From the human T2T-CHM13v2.0 reference genome, Homo sapiens, in the NCBI RefSeq assembly GCF_009914755.1, contig NC_060946.1: 64,000 nt of DNA; one strand, given 5' to 3'. Under the pieces are notes generated by a model. It had not been told where the DNA came from. It saw nothing but the letters and a program-made list of their open reading frames with translations, and ran no database searches. The stretch's first letter is position 1; each line of letters starts with the position of its first letter. Of this stretch, positions 61,390 through 64,000 are shown piece by piece. Position numbers and translations under genes: made by a program.

Positions 61390-61850
61390 CTGGAATCAGA
61401 CTGCCAGGGTTCCTATCAGGGTTGTACTACTCACTGGCTGTGTGACCCTGAGCAAGTCATGTCACTTCTACCCAGTAAGACTATCTCAAAAGGTTGCTAT
61501 GAGGATCAAAAGAGTTAATACACAAGAAATGCTCAAAACTGAACCTGCAACAGTGTAAGTGCTATGTATTATTGTTATTATTATTATTACTCCTTGTTTG
61601 CATTCCTTTTCAAAAGGAGATTTAGGAATAGTACATACAAGTTACATAATAATGATTAAAGTTATTGAGTGCTTATTATGTACCAGGCATACTAATTTAC
61701 TAATTACTTACAATAGTACATGATCTAGGTACTATTATTATTCCCATTATAAAGTGAGGAACCTCATAGAGTGCCTAAGTAACTACCCCAGAGTCATATA
61801 GTACTTTTGGCACTCAGATTTAAACCTAGGCTGTTTAGAAATCTGGGCTC
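61390..61850. mobile_element. Tail-to-tail MIR pair (+ ~61390-61590, - ~61650-61850)
   Basis: ggctgtgtgaccctgagcaagtca and ttattgagtgcttattatgtaccaggca...cccattataaagtgaggaa. Confidence 0.7.
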
Positions 61851-63640
61851 TTATTTAGGTTTTATAAGACTAATACATCTAAATAAGACGCCATTTTACT
61901 GCTTCTTAATATTTGGATTCCCTAATGTTAGTAATGTGGAGAGCAGATTGGATATGAAAGGGGCATTTTCTATAAGTGATCAAGTCTTTCTTTAATACTG
62001 AGCTATAACAGCCTCACAATAAAATGAGATGAATTTCCAATATTTTAATCTTTTTTCCTTGAGGGGATAGAAAGAGAAGGGGTATTTGTGCATGCCTTTT
62101 CCAATCAGTACAATTAGCATGTAGATCCTAAACATATATTATGCATATTTTACCTGATCATCTTAACACAGGGATTAGAACATTTTATGCTTTTTGGTTT
62201 ACTGTCTTCACCTCTAATTCAGTTATTAAAATAATTCTGACGGTGCAGTTTAAGGTTCATTTCATCGTTAGTCTAAATTTTAATACTGAACATTCTTCAC
62301 TTTACATTTCACTTATACACTGAGTATAATAATCTGTAGTTCATGTCCATCTAGGATGAAGGTGTTTATGCACCTTTGTTTCGTTTCCTTTTTTTTTTCA
62401 AAACTAGTCTCCTTTTGAGTGAAATCTGAACTGCATGTACTATTTGCAATTTGCAGTAGAAGACTGGCGTAAAAAAGAAATAATGAAAGCTATATTAGTA
62501 TTGTCCCAGAAAATAACTGGTAATGGTGTAATCAATTTTCTCCGGTGATTTCTCTTTCCCTAGTTTTGACTGCTTTGCCTCCATCCATCTGAATGGAAAA
62601 AAAATGCTGAGTGCTTTTGCTGATTGCTGTTGGTCATGGACTACATTAACTAGAGTCCTGCAGCTTTACAGATAATTTGGTTTACACCTCTAAGTCTGCC
62701 AATTTGTCATCATTTAGCCATATTCATATGAGGCTCTTTCCTCATTAGTCAGTGATAGGCATAGCTATAATACATCTTTAGCGAGAAATGTACCAGGAAG
62801 CTCAGGCAGTAGGAGCCAATATTTATTGAGCACCTACTATGTGCCAGGACCCAGGTTAAGTTCTTTGCTACATTATCTAATTTAATCCATGTAATAATCC
62901 ATTACAACATGTACTGTTATTGTACCCATTGTATAGGAGGAAAATATCGAGGCACAGAAAAATAAGTTAACATGTCCATGGTCATACCAGTTAGTTATGA
63001 AAATTACTGACCAGGATTTGAAGCCAGGCAGTCTGACTCCACAACCAATGCTGTCTGTCACTATATTGTATTGCCCTCTATGTACTCATGTTTTTTGAAT
63101 CCTTACAAATCAATTCAACAACATTGAATTAGCCTTTATTTTGTGCCAGGGACTGTGCAAGATACCAGAGATGCTAAGATTATTAAGATGTAGTCTCTTC
63201 CCCTAAATTACTCATGACTTAGTGTGAAATTTGTTGTAATAAAGGCAGAGAGGGTCACAGAAAAGTAAGTGACTGCCTCAAAGGAGAGGGTTAGAGGCGA
63301 GGTCAGGGCAAGCTCCACAGATGAGATGTCTCTTGATCTAAGTTTTAAAATGTGAGAGAAAATATCACGTGCAAAGGCATGGAAGTGTGAAACTACGTAA
63401 CACCTTAAACAGGTGAGAGACAACACAGCACACTAACTACAAGCATGGATGCTGGAGCTGGATGGCCTGGGCTTGAACCTGGCTCTACTTGGTGTCAGTG
63501 TTGAGTTCCTTAGCTTCTTGTGCCTCAGTTTCTCATCTATGCCATGAGGATGGTAATACTAGTAACTCCCTAGTAGTGTAGGGTGATGATTAAATGATTA
63601 AGGTACATAAAGCGCTTAGAGGCAGCGGTGCCTGACATAA

Positions 63641-63971
<331 letters not shown>

Positions 63972-64000
63972 ATCTAGTTATCATTCTTATTACCTACAAC

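Overview
Primate (very likely human) Alu/MIR/L2/LTR-rich genomic DNA with no credible protein-coding exon; the listed ORFs are Alu, L1, simple-repeat or GC-rich artefacts. A CpG-island promoter at ~42.3-43.1 kb drives a minus-strand gene with a ~90-nt non-coding first exon (42730-42819, donor CG|GTAAG). From memory this matches SYN3 (synapsin III, 22q12.3) exon 1; the identification is not verified by search. On that reading, 1-42729 is intron 1 and 42820-64000 is upstream sequence. The most notable signals are: a near-perfect RE1/NRSE (REST) site ~18 kb upstream (61019-61039); a perfect EGR1 site in the promoter; a candidate alternative promoter/5'UTR exon with two micro-uORFs (36663-37190); an NRAS 3'UTR-like retrocopy in sense orientation in the intron (1-910); a ~100-bp inverted templated insertion inside an MST LTR; a ~300-bp dispersed direct duplication; a long (GGT)n tract beside a neuronal-type motif cluster; and several nested transposon stacks with readable TSDs. 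Repeat subfamily names and boundaries are by eye and approximate.
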